From positions 13,640,001-13,704,000 of the forward strand of contig OZ316775.1 of assembly GCA_973851085.1 (NCBI GenBank): a stretch of 64,000 nt of DNA. The letters run 5' to 3'. Every line of letters begins with the position of its first letter. Position 1 is the first letter of the stretch. Origin of the DNA: Ptychomitrium polyphyllum. Taxonomy: Eukaryota. A program made the position numbers and the translations under genes. Below the pieces are notes generated by a model that saw only the letters and a program-made list of their open reading frames with translations, was not told where the DNA came from and made no database searches. Shown in pieces: positions 26,782-37,987 of the stretch.

Positions 26782-28957
26782 ATGGGTAAGTTGTGCGCTC
26801 CATTGGGATTGTTATTGATTCTAGCGGTGGCATGTGCGCCGCGCCATGGCCAGAGCGAGATTTGCATTGTGGGGAGTGGAATGTGGAGTGCGTGGGTTGC
26901 CTATTTCTTGCGGGATTATGCGCCGGAGTCTTTCCATGGAAATTTCCATCTTCAAGATACGGGACAGGGTGGGTGGACAGGGTGGGTGAAGCTTGAGGGG
27001 GATACCTTCGAAGCAGGGGTTCGATCATCTACCCTAAAAAATCTCCACGCTGTGAGATTGTGGACCTTTGGGGCTGAACCGAACCTCCGATGACGACGTA
27101 CGATAGCCTCAGAACCCAATTCGCGTTCCAGACTGCTCGCGTAGGTGACCCCCTCTTCTTCAAAACCATCACCTAGGTCATGAACATGCTGTAAGTCCTG
27201 TAGAGTATAGCATCAGCTTGCGGAGAATGTAATATTATGTCAACGTAAATATGGTCACGAACCTCTGTTGCTAAACCCTCAGGTATAGCCACTTTCGCAA
27301 TTATGATTTTGGAGTTTTCTTGAGTCGTACACTGAGTCGAAATTCGTTCGATTTTTCTGGAGACTGTATGCTTAGTATATGGAATGCATAAGTTGAGAAT
27401 CACGAGGGCTTGTTTGCGTGGGGTGAGATAATTGATTCACTTGTTTTCTGCTGAAATTGCAAGAAAAGAGTATGTTGGCGTAAACCTTCAAAACACATTT
27501 TGAGCCAGCCTTTAATTCAATAAAGGGGGTGCTGAAATACGTGGATCTCTACAACAACACCCAGCATACTATAAAAGAGTTGCTACTAAATGCGGGAAGG
27601 TCCAGGCTCTTGATTAATGAGATCAACATGGTAAGAAACATGAAGGCCTAGCGTGGAGCTCTCTATGTTATTCTACTTTGCCACATTGTATCTTTCTTGT
27701 AGCTTACTGGTTTGATTTGCCGCCGTACTGATATGACATCGACATAGCACAATCTAAGCCTTAATCTTTATACCTCTTTCTTGTACCTCAACAATTATTT
27801 CCTTTCTGTACTCTCTTTTGTTCGGATTAGTTTTCTGTGATCCAGCACGGCTATCCCTCGCACAGAACAAATCCCTTGATAAGATGGGTTGGTTTTGAAT
27901 GAGTAGTATACAGGCTATCTTTCTTATGATTAGGCAGGCATTGTCAAAGTTCCAGGTGTCCATGTTCATTATTGGTGCGTGACTGCCATTCTCGATATCC
28001 TTTTAGGTCACCACGCGGATCAACTATGGCTCAAAATGTGAGCATAAGTGCATTGGCGGGCGGAGTCTCGCTTGCAGGAGCACAAGGGAGTCTCTAGGCC
28101 GTGGTTTGTGGTAACTGACAGTTAGCGGATGGTCTGATTCGCCATACCAAAGCATCCCTTTAGTTGAACCATGAAGTTTTATCTGTTACAGCTGTTGGAG
28201 ATAGATATCTTTTGCGTTCTTAATGAAGAACTACGACATATTTTGCTATGGTTATGGCGACATCACCGATCATTTTCTTGGAGAAACTAACCTAGTGTTG
28301 AGACATCGCTAGTCACCTGATATGTGTGAGTTGATCTCTTTTTATGCAATTTTCTTAGTTCCTGAATGCTCATTAAAAAACAGGATTACTTTGGCTCAAG
28401 AAGTGAAAACGCTCCAGAGCTGATTGGAACCACGGAGGATGCAAAGATTCCCTTCTCATCGTTGAGTGTATTCAGGAAGTATAATACGACCGATAAAGCC
28501 TACAAGGAATTCTTTCGTTCTTCGTTGTCAGATGAACTCCTGGACCACAATTTTAGATAACACACAATTCCAATCTCAAAGATATCTGTCTGCCTATTAC
28601 ACGACTGTGGTGGTCTTTGTGCACTGTAATCCAGCTGCTCTTGATGGAAGTACTGCATGAATCGCAATCCCAGACCCAATCGTAATTACGCAAATGAGTT
28701 GCATGCAGCAGCTACAGGAGCACCATCCGCATTGACTGGGCTGCTGCCTATCCTCATTACACTGCACCAGCGAGATTCTCCCCTTACGTGCTGCATGGAA
28801 AACATCATCATTACACAAACACTTTTGAGCTATTGAGATAACAGCTGCTTCAGCTTGAAATATGGCACGTCTTCTTCTTTCTCCTTTTTCTGAAGTGGGT
28901 TTGCAAACACCAACTTCGAAGGGTGTCAGTGAGCAAGTTGTGAATGAGGAACTCTAA
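26782..28957 (+). pseudogene. FCLY: Farnesylcysteine lyase / prenylcysteine oxidase pseudogene
   Basis: Signal-peptide-like N-terminus, then ICIVGSG..SA.VAYFLR, FEAG and TRINYG/QNVSISALAGGVSLAG..GSL*AV..GN*QLADGLI. C-terminal NMARLL...NEEL*. In-frame stops at 28095, 28116, 28161 and 28856, plus a frameshift near 28031. Confidence 0.85.
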
Positions 28958-29339
28958 CGAATATGTAGGAGTCTTCCCGGAGTGTAATTAACAGTTTAGC
29001 TTCCTCAACATCTAGTGTCTATTACCATCACAGTAACGATGGTTTCATTATGGATCTTTTCTGTTTGAAACTTCTTGTAACAAGCACAGGTAAACGTAAT
29101 TCTAACTCGCTCGTTTTAGAACGAGCTTGCCCAACCGAATGCGCACGTGTCCTGTGTTGCTGACTGCGTTTCTCTTCACAGCGATGTATCAACGATCAAC
29201 AGCTTATTTGTGGCAAGGCAGACGTGCAGGTATCTTGCAGCAAATTGAGCAGCACTGAAAACAATGGATGAATGACGCTGGCGACATATCAATTAAGCTG
29301 AATCTGACAAGAAAAAACATCAGACTTTGAATTGAGAAT

Positions 29340-30020
29340 TGTAGTATGGAACAGCCTAGGAATACAGAGAAGGTTAAAATCGCCTTTCAATTCTCTTTGC
29401 GTTTGACAAGACGTCTCTGGCTATGGCCAGCTTTTGTCTGTCCTGTAGGGTCTCTATTGAGAGGCTGTTTACTGTGTAGTGCTCTAAAGATGACGGCATT
29501 GTTGATCAACTTCAGCGAACTTGATCATTAAGCTGAACAGTATGAAGAAACCCTTGCGCTCTTGGTGAGTTTTTTTAACACTTTGAGAAACGTATACATA
29601 TTCCTCGTGGGTGTGTAGCTTCTTTCGTGGCATATCATATTAACTTGATTCATACATATGGAGAAAGTGTTGTATCTGACAATTCGGTGACTTTGCAGAT
29701 AAGTACTCTGTTGGTTTCTAGCCCTACTAAAATACAAACGCACTTACTCGGAACCTTTGGTGCACTAAGTTTGTCTTTGCACAGTTGCACGTTCGTGACC
29801 CTGTTCGTGACGTGTCCATCATATTTCTCATGTTATAAACTTCTAAGAGAGGAGCTTTCGAAGCCTCAACAGCGGCAGTCGGTCTTGCCACATTTCTGGA
29901 CGCGACTTTAACTTTGACCAACGCTGGTAATACTTGAGCAGACAGCACTGCTCCGAAACCACCAGACCCTGCGTTATCAGCTTTTCCCTCCAAATATCGT
30001 CCAAGGATGGCACTGCTCAT
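29340..30020 (-). pseudogene. Possible protein-kinase N-lobe remnant
   Basis: GSGGFGAV glycine-loop-like motif followed by VKVAS and LEV. A KLAIARDVLS segment lies downstream. No HRD or DFG motif found. Confidence 0.3.
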
Positions 30021-30399
30021 GTCTAGATTTGCCGATGTCTATCACCATCGTAAGTTGCAGCACCCTTCTCGCAGATTAATGTCAAGATCGCGTTGCAGAT
30101 GTACATAGACCCTGTTGTTTGGGATTGTTTTGGAGAGCCCTCCCGCGACGCCATCTCAGAAAGATACATGGACTCTACGAGGTCAATGGGTCAACAGCTC
30201 TATGAATTGGGGTAAGCCGGAGTTTGGGTGTATTCATCAAGTGCAGCAACTGATTCTTGGCTGAATACACTGTCGTGTATTCTTGTTCTTCAGGGTCTCC
30301 TCTGTTTCAGCAAACACAATCCAGGATGAGCGTCTGACCCGAGGAAAGCTTCTAAAGCATGCTTGTGGAATTTAATCATATAAATGACATTTCAAAATC

Positions 30400-32290
30400 G
30401 AACGTTACAGATTTCAGGTTTTTCAAAAAACTATCATAAATCATTTGTTTAGCACGTTTGTTTTATCAAAAGTCCATCAAATTCTAAGGGATTAGTAACT
30501 TTATATTCATTCTTTTTAGAAAAGTAATAAATATAAAGATAAAAATGATGTTTAGAATTTTTTTAAAGAACCGAACATTCAGGGCCTAAGTTACACAGCC
30601 TATTTGTATCTTTTGATATTCTTAATATATTACAAATACCAGACTGCATGTAGTTTAAAAATCAGCATGAAATAAATCTTTCAATGAATTTTACAATTTA
30701 TAATTATTGATAATTGAAGTCTTACGATAGCAATTGTGATGAATGATGTAAATAAGACATTTTTTTTTAATATTTAGTTTGATATCTTCTATTTATTTAA
30801 AATTGTAAGCTAATAATTTTGAATTGTAAGTAAATAATACTAAAGTTGCTTCAAATGTTTAATAAACACATTTTTTATATGTTGAATTATAATAAACGAC
30901 TACAATATAATAGAATAATAGAATGGTGTTGAAAAAGTTTTTGTGAATTTGAGTATGTTAGAAGGTTTGGCCAAGGCAAAAATGCTCTTGAATTCTTTGC
31001 CACCCTTGACTTATGTGATGTAAAAAGTTGCAGTGGAATTGATATAGAGTTATGGAATGAAAATTATGGACTAATAAATGTAAAATGTGTAAATTTGACT
31101 ACAATAATAAAAGATGAAATCCATTTTGTGCTATCAAAGAGTTGAAATTAAGTTGTAGATGATGTTTTGCATTATTTTTGGAAAATTACAATATCCAACT
31201 AATTTAAGTAATATAATAAAATTAACTTAGAATTCATTGAATTACATGATTTAGATTATTCAAAATGTATTGTATTTTGTAATGGAAAAATTCTTATTTC
31301 ATGTATGTTTGGAACCTAGTATTTTTTTACTTTCATTTTTTATTTGTAAATCATTGTAGTTCTTATATATAGGCATACTTTCAAAATTTATTATTAGCAT
31401 TGCTTCCTAAGTCACTTTCTACAAATGCCTCTTTGGTAGTTGCATTGTTCTTTTGAGATCTGGTTTTTCCATTGAAAACCTTAGCATGACTTTGACATTG
31501 TTCACTAATCATGATTAAAAATTATTATAAAAATAAAAAAATTCAACTATAAATACATAATATTGAAATTCTTCCAAATACAATGTAAAAAGACAGTTCT
31601 ATCAACATTTGTGTAAAACATAATAGCCATTTATAAGAAAATCATGAAAATTGAAAAGTTGTTTGATTCACAATCAAATATTGTTGCTGTTTTTGCATTA
31701 GCTTTTGCAATCAAAGAAGCATATAGATTGCCAATCTTTTGGTCAGCATAGCACACAAATTCTTAAACATTCAACTTCAAAATAATGCTGAACATAATTG
31801 TTTAAACACAACTATTAGAAATTCAGAATAGAGTGGAGTAGAAACAATGGAAAATGATATAGCATGTGAAAGCAAGGGAGAAAAAAAGGTAATGAATACG
31901 GTTGAAGAGAAGGTATTTACAGCTTTTTAACGCAAAATTATTGGTTTAGAACCATCAAAGATTTCAGACAAATAAGATAAACTCAAAACTTATTTTTTTG
32001 CTATTAAAATTTTCTTACAAAAAACATTTAAAGTGTATGTATTTCATAAGTAATTGCAATATATTTTAATTTATTAGAATTTCATATCCTAATATCAACA
32101 TTATGGTTAAAACACAAAAGTTTATTCAAAATACTATGTGTATTTAAAACTGATTATATAATTAAAATAAAAAGTTTATATTTGAAAACTTATTAAATGT
32201 GTAGAAAAGAAGAGATAAATTTTGTTTTTATTTCAATTATCTTAAAAACACTATCTTAATAATAATTAATTCAAATGTTTTTAATTGAAT
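30400..32290. other. AT-rich degenerate block abutting the satellite
   Basis: Low GC, CpG depleted, no recognisable ORF. Confidence 0.3.
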
Positions 32291-32305
32291 AAATATCACA
32301 CAAAA

Positions 32306-34290
32306 ATACCGTATATTGCTGACGAAGCGTCCTTGATATAATATTGTATACCATTGATGAAGCGTCCTTGATATAATACCATATATTGTTGATGAAGCGT
32401 CCTTGATATAATATTGTATACCATTGGCAAAGCATATACCGTTGATGAAGTGTCCTTGATATAATATTGTATACCAGTGACGAAGCGTCCTTGATATAAT
32501 ACCGTATACCGTTGACGAAGCGTCCTTGATATAATACCGTATACCGTTGACGAAGCGTCCTTGATATAATACCGTATACTGTTGACAAAGCGTCCTTGAT
32601 ATAATATCATATATTGTTGATGAAGCGTCCTTGATATAATATCATATATTGTTGATGAAGCGTCCTTGATATAATATTGCATACCATTGACGAAGCGTCC
32701 TTGATGTAATACCATATATCGTTGACAAAGCGTCCTTGATATAATACTGTATACTGTTGACAAAGCGTCCTTGATATAATATCATATATTGTTGATGAAG
32801 CGTCCTTGATATAATATTGTATACCATTGACGAAGCATCTTTGATATAATACCGTATACCGTTGACGAAGCGTCCTTGATATAATACCGTATACCGTTGA
32901 CGAAGCGTCCTTGATGTAATACCATATACCGTTGACAAAGCGTCCTTGATATAATACCGTATACTGTTGACGAAGCGTCCTTGATATAATATCATATATT
33001 GTTGATGAAGCGTCCTTGATATAATATTGTATACCAGTGACGAAGCGTCCTTGATATAATACCGTATACCGTTGACGAAGCGTCCTTGATATAATACCGT
33101 ATACCGTTGACAAAGCATCCTTGATATAATACCGTATACTGTTGATGAAGCGTCCTTGATATAATATCATATATTGTTGATGAAGCGTCCTTGATATAAT
33201 ATCATATATTGTTGATGAAGCGTCCTTGATATAATATTGCATACCATTGACGAAGCGTCCTTGATGTAATACCATATATCGTTGACAAAGCGTCCTTGAT
33301 ATAATACTGTATACTGTTGACAAAGCGTCCTTGATATAATATCATATATTGTTGATGAAGCGTCCTTGATATAATATTGTATACCATTGACGAAGCATCT
33401 TTGATATAATACCGTATACCGTTGACGAAGCGTCCTTGATATAATACCGTATACCGTTGACGAAGCGTCCTTGATGTAATACCATATACCGTTGACAAAG
33501 CGTCCTTGATATAATACCGTATACTGTTGACGAAGCGTCCTTGATATAATATCATATATTGTTGATGAAGCGTCCTTGATATAATATTGTATACCATTGA
33601 CGAAGCATCCTTGATATAATACCGTATACCGTTGACGAAGCGTCCTTGATATAATACCGTATACCGTTGACGAAGCGTCCTTGATGTAATACCATATATC
33701 GTTGACAAAGCGTCCTTGATATAATACCGTATACTGTTGACAAAGCGTCCTTGATATAATATCATATATTGTTGATGAAGCGTCCTTGATATAATATTGT
33801 ATACCATTGACGAAGCATCCTTGATATAATACCATATACCGTTGACGAAGCGTCCTTGATATAATACCGTATACCGTTGACGAAGCGTCCTTGATATAAT
33901 ACCGTATACTGTTGATGAAGCGTCCTTGATATAATATCATATATTGTTGATGAAGCGTCCTTGATATAATATTGTATACCATTGACGAAGCATCCTTGAT
34001 ATAATACCATATACCGTTGACGAAGCGTCCTTGATATAATACCGTATACCGTTGACGAAGCGTCCTTGATATAATACCGTATACTGTTGATGAAGCGTCC
34101 TTGATATAATATCATATATTGTTGATGAAGCGTCCTTGATATAATATTGTATACCATTGACGAAGCATCCTTGATATAATACCATATACCGTTGACGAAG
34201 CGTCCTTGATATAATACCATATACCGTTGACGAAGCGTCCTTGATATAATACCGTATACCGTTGACGAAGCGTCCTTGATAGAATACCGT
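32306..34290. repeat. 35-bp tandem satellite, ~56-57 copies, with higher-order structure
   Basis: Consensus accgtataccgttgacgaagcgtccttgatataat repeated head to tail. The variant atcatatatt recurs at multiples of 35 bp. Confidence 0.97.
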
Positions 34291-34448
34291 ATTGGCAAAC
34301 CGTCGGTAGCCAAGCGGAGGAAGAATTGACAACGAAGCTTCTTGGGGCAGCCGGCGATTCCATCGAGTCGGGCAGCAGTGCAGACATCCAAACGGACCTT
34401 GGACCTAACTATCGCTGATTTACGTCCGTTCCGCGATTGATATCTGGA

Positions 34449-34525
34449 TAATACCGAGGTATGAGGGCTTCCCTACCAAGCTAATACCGAGGTATGAGGG
34501 CTTCCCTACCAAGCTAATACCGAGG
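34449..34525. repeat. 33-bp direct repeat, 2.3 copies
   Basis: taataccgaggtatgagggcttccctaccaagc starts at 34449 and 34482, with a partial copy at 34515. Confidence 0.92.
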
Positions 34526-36664
34526 CAAATACTCTGACAGATATTCCCATTCAACACTATGGATCCGCAGAACCGTCACTGTCCCCTCAAACCAAAATCC
34601 TGTACCCAGCGTCAACACTTCTTCATACAATTTTGCAATTGCGCGTGGAGAACGTATTAGAGGTGTACAGATCCGGTATACCTGGGACCGCAATTTTCTT
34701 CAATATATGTAGACTTCATGTAGTCCAGTGTGCACTAGCGGTAGATGATGCAGGTTTTGAGTCCAGTGGCGGTCTATGTTTGCTTTCTATGCACAAGGAG
34801 GCTGGGGACGCACCCATGTCTACTCATGCACTATACCCAGGCGATATTAAGCCAATATCTAGGTGTTACTAGTGTCATACATAGGTTTACTGGTGTTATA
34901 CCTAGGTGATTCTCAGGCGGTCCTCGTGCAACCCTTTCGTGCGAGATGAAGCTCGATGGCGTGGGAGATGTTTTCTCTGTTGCGATTACACAAACGTCTG
35001 CAAGAACGTCGCCGGAGCTTCGTTTCCATGTGATAAGTTCTCAGTTTACTCAATTTGCGCATTGAATCCCAGCACGGTGCCTTCCGATCTGAAGGGGGCC
35101 TGAGGAGAACAACAGAGTAGAGCGTTGGCCGAGGTCACTTAGATTTTCCTCTTCTTTTCTTTCTTGTTGATTTCGTATGATTGTTGAAGAATCAACTTCT
35201 GGAGTTCTGGAGAGCGGGAGAGAGAGTAGTTTAGTACTTGAAGAGCGCTAGCGGAAGCCAGCAATTCCGGGGTGTGAGCGAGCGAGCGAGTGGCATGGGG
35301 AAGACTAGAACTTTCTGCAGTTTGGCATTCATCAGTTTTTGAGGCTCTTGGATGAAGCTGCATTGAAGAGGCGCATCTCGGCGAGTGGATTGTGAGGCTT
35401 GCGATTGGCTCACTGCGCTTCTGCGTAGGTGTGGAAACGAGTCTCAGGTATGTATGTGGTGCTTATTCTTGTATTTCTTTTTCGGTTGCGGAGTCGGTAG
35501 CTGCATTTGCGGTTTTTTTCCAAATAATATTGATTTTTTGATTTTGTTTTCAAGAATTGATGGATTGTGAGTTAGGTTACCGCAGAGCTTTGGATTTTTG
35601 CAGAGGGCTTTGTGGAGGTTGATTAGCGGCGTCCTAGGCGATTTTCTTTATTAAATGTCAAATTTAAGTGTGAGTGTGATGTTGAGATTACGGTGGTTGA
35701 ATTCTTGGCTTGTGCGATGTTCCACGGCATTTTACTAGCTACTTGACGATTGCTAGGATTGAACAGTAGAGTATGGATATTCTTCTGTTTCATTGCTAGC
35801 TCATCGGGTTAGTTCGTTTGAAAATAGTTGTGTCTCTTATAATATTTGTACTTGTGAAGTGAGTCCGTGAAACCTTGCAGAGTCTAGGTCAGGCCGGTTC
35901 TTCTGCTGCTTGATATGATAATGCCTGTGGATTTTCTAGTTGAAGAACTTGCAATATTTATGCCTACTTAGTAAGTAGCACTTATGCTGGTTGTTCTTGT
36001 TACCTTGAAAAACAGTAATCGTTCTGTTTCGAGTGACTATTTTGAGTTGTCCTTTTCGATAGAATATGGAGGATCCTTTGTACTTATCTGCTAAGTGATT
36101 GTTAAGATTCACAAGGTTCCTTTTATGAAATGTCAATTGAGTGGTTCCGATAGTCTAGCGCTTTCTAGCGATGGCACCTCTTTGGCATCACTGCATTGAT
36201 TGTGATATTAACACCCTAGAAATCGACCAAGGATGTTTTTGTTCTTTATGCTGATTTGGTGTTCAGCATGCCTGATCATAGTCTGGCGAGGTATGTCTGG
36301 GCTATCCTATCGCTGGTGCTGATTCTGTGGAACATGTAGCTATTAACTTACGGTCCTTTTTGCGTGTATAAGAAAATCTGAGTATGTCAATTTGTGTGTA
36401 GGTACTCTTAAAATGCTGGAAAACCCCAATCGAACATGCTTAATTTGAGAGACAGAAGCCAATGAAACTCAATTGCTATATGTGCTGATCCATGTTTCAG
36501 GAGAGGTTCAAGATCATTCCAAGTGTCTTCTAATTTGCTGCTTTTCTGCGTCGGGCGAGTCTCCGAAGGTTACATTTGAAGTGTGCGCCACGTGGTCGTC
36601 TGCCCTGCCTTCAGTAACGACAGTGGTTCATCAGCCAAGAGCGGTGCTGAGTAGTCAATCAGCC

Positions 36665-37987
36665 ATGTCCCGTTTGTGGGATTGTGTCTTGATTGTTTTG
36701 AGACCTGTTTTGAGGTTTCCAAGAACTTATTTTCGGTTCCCAGAGAGTCTCCGGTACTTGCAGTTGCCTTCTTATGCGGAGGACTCGGACTTGCAGTACA
36801 TAACCATCGGGCTCGAATCATCACCACCATCAGGTCACCTTCAAAACGGAAGTGTACAAGAGCAAGGTAACGCCTATCTCAGTGGTAGAATTAAGGAGCT
36901 TGAAATAGAATTACAAGTTGAACGCAGTTGTTATGAAGAGCGGATTGCTAATCTTAAGGATGAACTTAAGGAAGAAAACATCAATTCTAGCAGTAGATTC
37001 GAGGAGCTTCGGAGGCAGTCGCAGGGTGATATTCATCGCTATGACCAGCGGATCGCGGAGCTTGAGGATGAATTGGACAGATTGCACGTATACTCGAACA
37101 ACGAAATCCAAAAACTCGTCAAGCAATTAGAACTCGCTGAATATCAGAACTCGCACAACTTCGCTGGTGGCGAGTCCTTTTTGGACTCAGGGGCCACTCC
37201 GCATCTTCTGAACAAAGCTGTGCAAAGAGTGTACCAGATATCCGGCAACTTCACTAAGCTCTTGATGCCGGCTTTGGAGAATGGTGGTGTAGATTGCATC
37301 AAAGTGGCTAAGGCGCTAGCGACATCCGTGTCTTTTGAAAGGCCTGCTTACACCAAGTTCGTCTACCAAGCGCTCGTCTGTAAGGCTCTGTTTACCGACT
37401 TCGAGAGTGATTGTTTCAATATTGACGACAACGCACCAGAAAGTCTCGACCCTGAGCAGCCTCGGGAAGAGAACTTTCAACGGTACCAGAAATTACTCCT
37501 ATTGGAGAATCCTGAAGAACTTATCTACGAAGATGCAACCGACAGCGACTTCCGCAGGTTCTGCAACAAGAAGCAGAAGGATTTGATTGCCGCTCTCGCC
37601 CTAACCGTCGTCCCTGGTGTTGAAGATGTGGGAGCTTTAATATTCGGTGAAGTGCTTGGTCCAGATGGTATTCGAAGACAGGATTCAGTCGGGATCCAAT
37701 CACAGATCAAATTGGCCTCAACCTTTGTCAAATTTGCGCTGTCTGTTTTCCTTGTCCACAAGCTTGCATTCTCGATGCATCCCATAGCGAGGATTTTCCG
37801 AGTGAAAGACAGTGTAGATTTCGCTCCGAAATACATGGAACCTGTTGTTGAGTCCTCAGATAGTGATGATGAAGACACCGATTCCGCCGCTTCCGCGGGT
37901 TTCAACGTGGGCTTCATGGTAGTCCCAGGGTTCTTTGTGAATAGGATCGTCGTCCACAGTAGAGTTTTTACAGTGAAAAGAACGTAG
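36665..37987 (+). CDS. IRK-interacting protein / GIL1-like coiled-coil protein, 440 aa
   Basis: First ATG after the acceptor at 36500 (5' UTR intron from gtatgt at 35448). Coiled-coil region, then the family C-terminus VHKLAFSMHPIARIFRV...F.PKYME.V...VGFMVVPGF...VHSRVF. Confidence 0.85.
   Translation: MSRLWDCVLIVLRPVLRFPRTYFRFPESLRYLQLPSYAEDSDLQYITIGLESSPPSGHLQNGSVQEQGNAYLSGRIKELEIELQVERSCYEERIANLKDELKEENINSSSRFEELRRQSQGDIHRYDQRIAELEDELDRLHVYSNNEIQKLVKQLELAEYQNSHNFAGGESFLDSGATPHLLNKAVQRVYQISGNFTKLLMPALENGGVDCIKVAKALATSVSFERPAYTKFVYQALVCKALFTDFESDCFNIDDNAPESLDPEQPREENFQRYQKLLLLENPEELIYEDATDSDFRRFCNKKQKDLIAALALTVVPGVEDVGALIFGEVLGPDGIRRQDSVGIQSQIKLASTFVKFALSVFLVHKLAFSMHPIARIFRVKDSVDFAPKYMEPVVESSDSDDEDTDSAASAGFNVGFMVVPGFFVNRIVVHSRVFTVKRT

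Noticed and set aside
13019..28957. Functional link between the HMA cluster and the neighbouring farnesylcysteine lyase
   Set aside because: These HMA proteins lack CaaX boxes and FCLY is a pseudogene. The adjacency is probably coincidental.
32306..34290. CRISPR-like look (constant core alternating with a variable part)
   Set aside because: The variable parts are point variants of one sequence, not unique spacers. There are no cas genes and the context is eukaryotic.
34292..34330. Hairpin as a Helitron 3' terminus
   Set aside because: No CTRR at the expected distance on either strand, and no Rep/helicase motifs nearby.
32271..34391. Long minus-strand ORFs (up to 271 aa) with repeating YYIKDASSTVYGIISRTLRQRY
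   Set aside because: The 35-bp monomer has no stop codon on the minus strand, so all three frames read through. These are artefacts of the satellite.
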